A stretch of DNA of 23,499 nucleotides, counting the filler, from Folioceros fuciformis (taxonomy: Eukaryota): NCBI GenBank assembly GCA_049999805.1. It is 5 parts of 5 records of this genome, joined end to end, with 100 filler letters (N's around TTAATTAATTAA, not from the genome) between each part and the next. Parts side by side here need not be neighbours in the genome. Positions count along the whole stretch, not along the records: positions 19,172 to 23,499 come from JBNGIO010007240.1; 4 more parts are not named here. One strand, 5' to 3'. The notes below the pieces were generated by a model that saw only the letters and a list, made by a program, of their open reading frames with translations, was not told where the DNA came from and searched no databases. Shown in pieces: positions 22,101 through 23,499 of the stretch. Positions within the stretch are counted from its first letter, which is position 1; the number at the start of each line of letters is the position of its first letter. The position numbers and the translations under genes were made by a program.

Positions 22101-23121
22101 TTCCTTTGTCATACTTGCCCTTTATGTCGATGATGCCATCCTCCTCAGTGACCAGATGGTACACATGGATAGGGTTAAAGCCTTGTTGCGTACTGAATTC
22201 GAGATGACAGACCAAGGCCCTCTTCAATACTGCTTGGGTGTACAGATTCTGCGGGACAGGAGTACACATTCCATTGTACTTCATCAGACAAAGTATATTA
22301 AGGAAATATTGATACGCTTTCATATGGATTTAGCCAAGCCTTTATCTACACCTTCTGCAGTGGGGGTAAAACTTACTGTAGAGCAGTCCCCTCAAGATGC
22401 AGATGAGGTGGAGTATATGTCTACAGTTCCATATGCAGAAGCTGTAGGCAGTCTTATTTTTCTGGCGAACTGGACCCGGCCTGATATCAGCTATGCTGTG
22501 AGTTCCGTTTCTCAGTTCCTGAAAAACCCAGGGAGAGCACATTGGTCAGCTGTTAAGCGTATATACAGATTTCTAAAAGGCACTCTTAATTATGGTTTAC
22601 ACTATATTTCAAGTGGAAATAGAGATCTTACACTTACAGCTTTCACAGATGCTGATTGGGCATCAGACGCTGACTCTCGTCGTAGCTTATCAGCTTATGT
22701 TTTCACCTTGGCTTCTGGTGCTGTGAACTGGTCTTGTAAGAAGCAGTCTTCCTTAGCCCTGTCATCAACAGAAGCCGAGTATAAGTCTCTCACGGATGCA
22801 TGCAAGGAACTTGAGTGGGAAAGGCGTTTCCTTGAGGCAATTCGCTTACCACAGACTGATCCGACTTTGCTCTTCTGTGACAATATGTCAGCAATTGCCC
22901 TAGTCTCCAATCCCAGGTTTCATGCTCGTACAAAACATATAGAGCTTTACTATCATTATATCCGGGATGTGGCAGATAGAGGCATAGCCCGCGTATAGTA
23001 CATCAACACAGACTCTAATACAGCTGATATATTAACTAAGGGCTTGCCTCAGTTCAAACATTATCAGCATATGGCAGCTATGGGACTGAAAGAGTTCTCC
23101 CTACCTCTGCCTAAAGCCTAA
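19174..23121 (+). pseudogene. Copia gag-pol, 5'-truncated, with a premature TAG near the end of RNase H
   Basis: CNWCGVAGHWERDC; protease motif altered to DFG (19711-19719); HAD/RTDNGGEF/SERRN; LYVDD; FTDADW. After the TAG at 22996-22998 the frame continues YINTDSNTADILTKGL to TAA at 23119-23121. Confidence 0.95.
21369..21410 (+). repeat. 21-bp in-frame tandem duplication (PAEDPPL/PAEDPPP)
   Basis: ACCAGCTGAAGATCCTCCTC[T/C] twice in the INT-RT linker. Confidence 0.9.
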
Positions 23122-23287
23122 AGTACAAAAATGTGGCTACAGCCTGTCAGTCATGAGCAAACAAGTGTGTTTCTTACAGTTTCAGATAGCTGGGAAGGCT
23201 GCTTTCTGTATGGAGGAAACTCTTCACCTACACATGAGCTGACAGGCTTTCAGAATACACACAGTGGATGAAGCTGTAAAGCGCAAA

Positions 23288-23497
23288 TCAAGTCGTGGGT
23301 GTGTTCTGCAGTTTACCGTATCCCATTTGCTCCAGCCTTCCAACGATTGTCGTGAGTTCTTCTATGGTCGGAGGGATCTCGAAGCCGCAGTTGTCAGGAG
23401 TCTTTGCAAGCAGGTCCCTCAGCTCCAGGACCTTGTCGCGCGCCACGTCCATTGCCTCTCTGGCTTCTTCACACTTTAGGGCAGTCTTCTGAAGATG
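23288..23497 (-). CDS. Antisense accessory ORF of element 4, C-terminal 69 aa (start beyond window)
   Basis: Open frame HLQKTALKCEEAREAMDVARDKVLELRDLLAKTPDNCGFEIPPTIEELTTIVGRLEQMGYGKLQNTPTT*, not in the ORF track. It has 8/21 identities with QLQTAAALLEQIREASEVTAN of element 2. Confidence 0.65.
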   Translation of the reverse strand, partial: HLQKTALKCEEAREAMDVARDKVLELRDLLAKTPDNCGFEIPPTIEELTTIVGRLEQMGYGKLQNTPTT

Positions 23498-23499
23498 GC

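Larger units (their letters stand above)
19172..23499 (+). mobile_element. Ty1/copia LTR retrotransposon, element 4 (both ends outside the visible sequence)
   Basis: Partial gag, complete pol and part of the 3' region. Confidence 0.96.

Noticed and set aside
2021-22910. Numerous 60-166 aa ORFs overlapping gag-pol on either strand (e.g. 2021-2401, 2534-2965, 10629-11129, 20437-20790)
   Set aside because: These are shadow frames of a long coding sequence, with no independent motifs.
1-23499. CRISPR arrays, tRNA/rRNA genes, hammerhead ribozymes
   Set aside because: No repeat-spacer array or RNA gene was recognised. The CTGATGA occurrences I noticed lie in coding or ORF sequence without evident hammerhead stems; this was not an exhaustive scan.

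Overview
The window is five unrelated contigs joined by four artificial 100-nt spacers (44 N + TTAATTAATTAA + 44 N), so adjacency across spacers has no biological meaning. Contig 1 (1-1025, minus) is a decayed pogo/Tigger-type (CENP-B-like HTH + DDE_1) transposase. Contigs 2-5 each carry a different but related Ty1/copia LTR retrotransposon (Gag-CCHC-PR-INT-RT-RNaseH order), each with a few inactivating lesions. A plant host is likely given the tRNA-iMet PBS, telo-box and plant-like TATA/intron signals; this is inference. The most interesting result is a shared non-canonical architecture that the ORF track largely hides because of stops, frameshifts and truncation. (i) An extra sense ORF ('ORF0', about 200 aa where complete, starting MPR, basic/disordered N-terminus, helical C-terminus) lies upstream of gag in all three elements whose 5' region is visible. 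(ii) An antisense ORF lies between pol and the 3' end in all three elements whose 3' region is visible. It begins about 20-30 nt from the PPT with a hydrophobic N-terminus in the two complete cases and shares protein motifs between elements. Outward-facing TATA-like boxes at the LTR edge and splice-acceptor-like sites just before gag suggest how these ORFs could be expressed. All homologies were judged by eye; no database search was possible.
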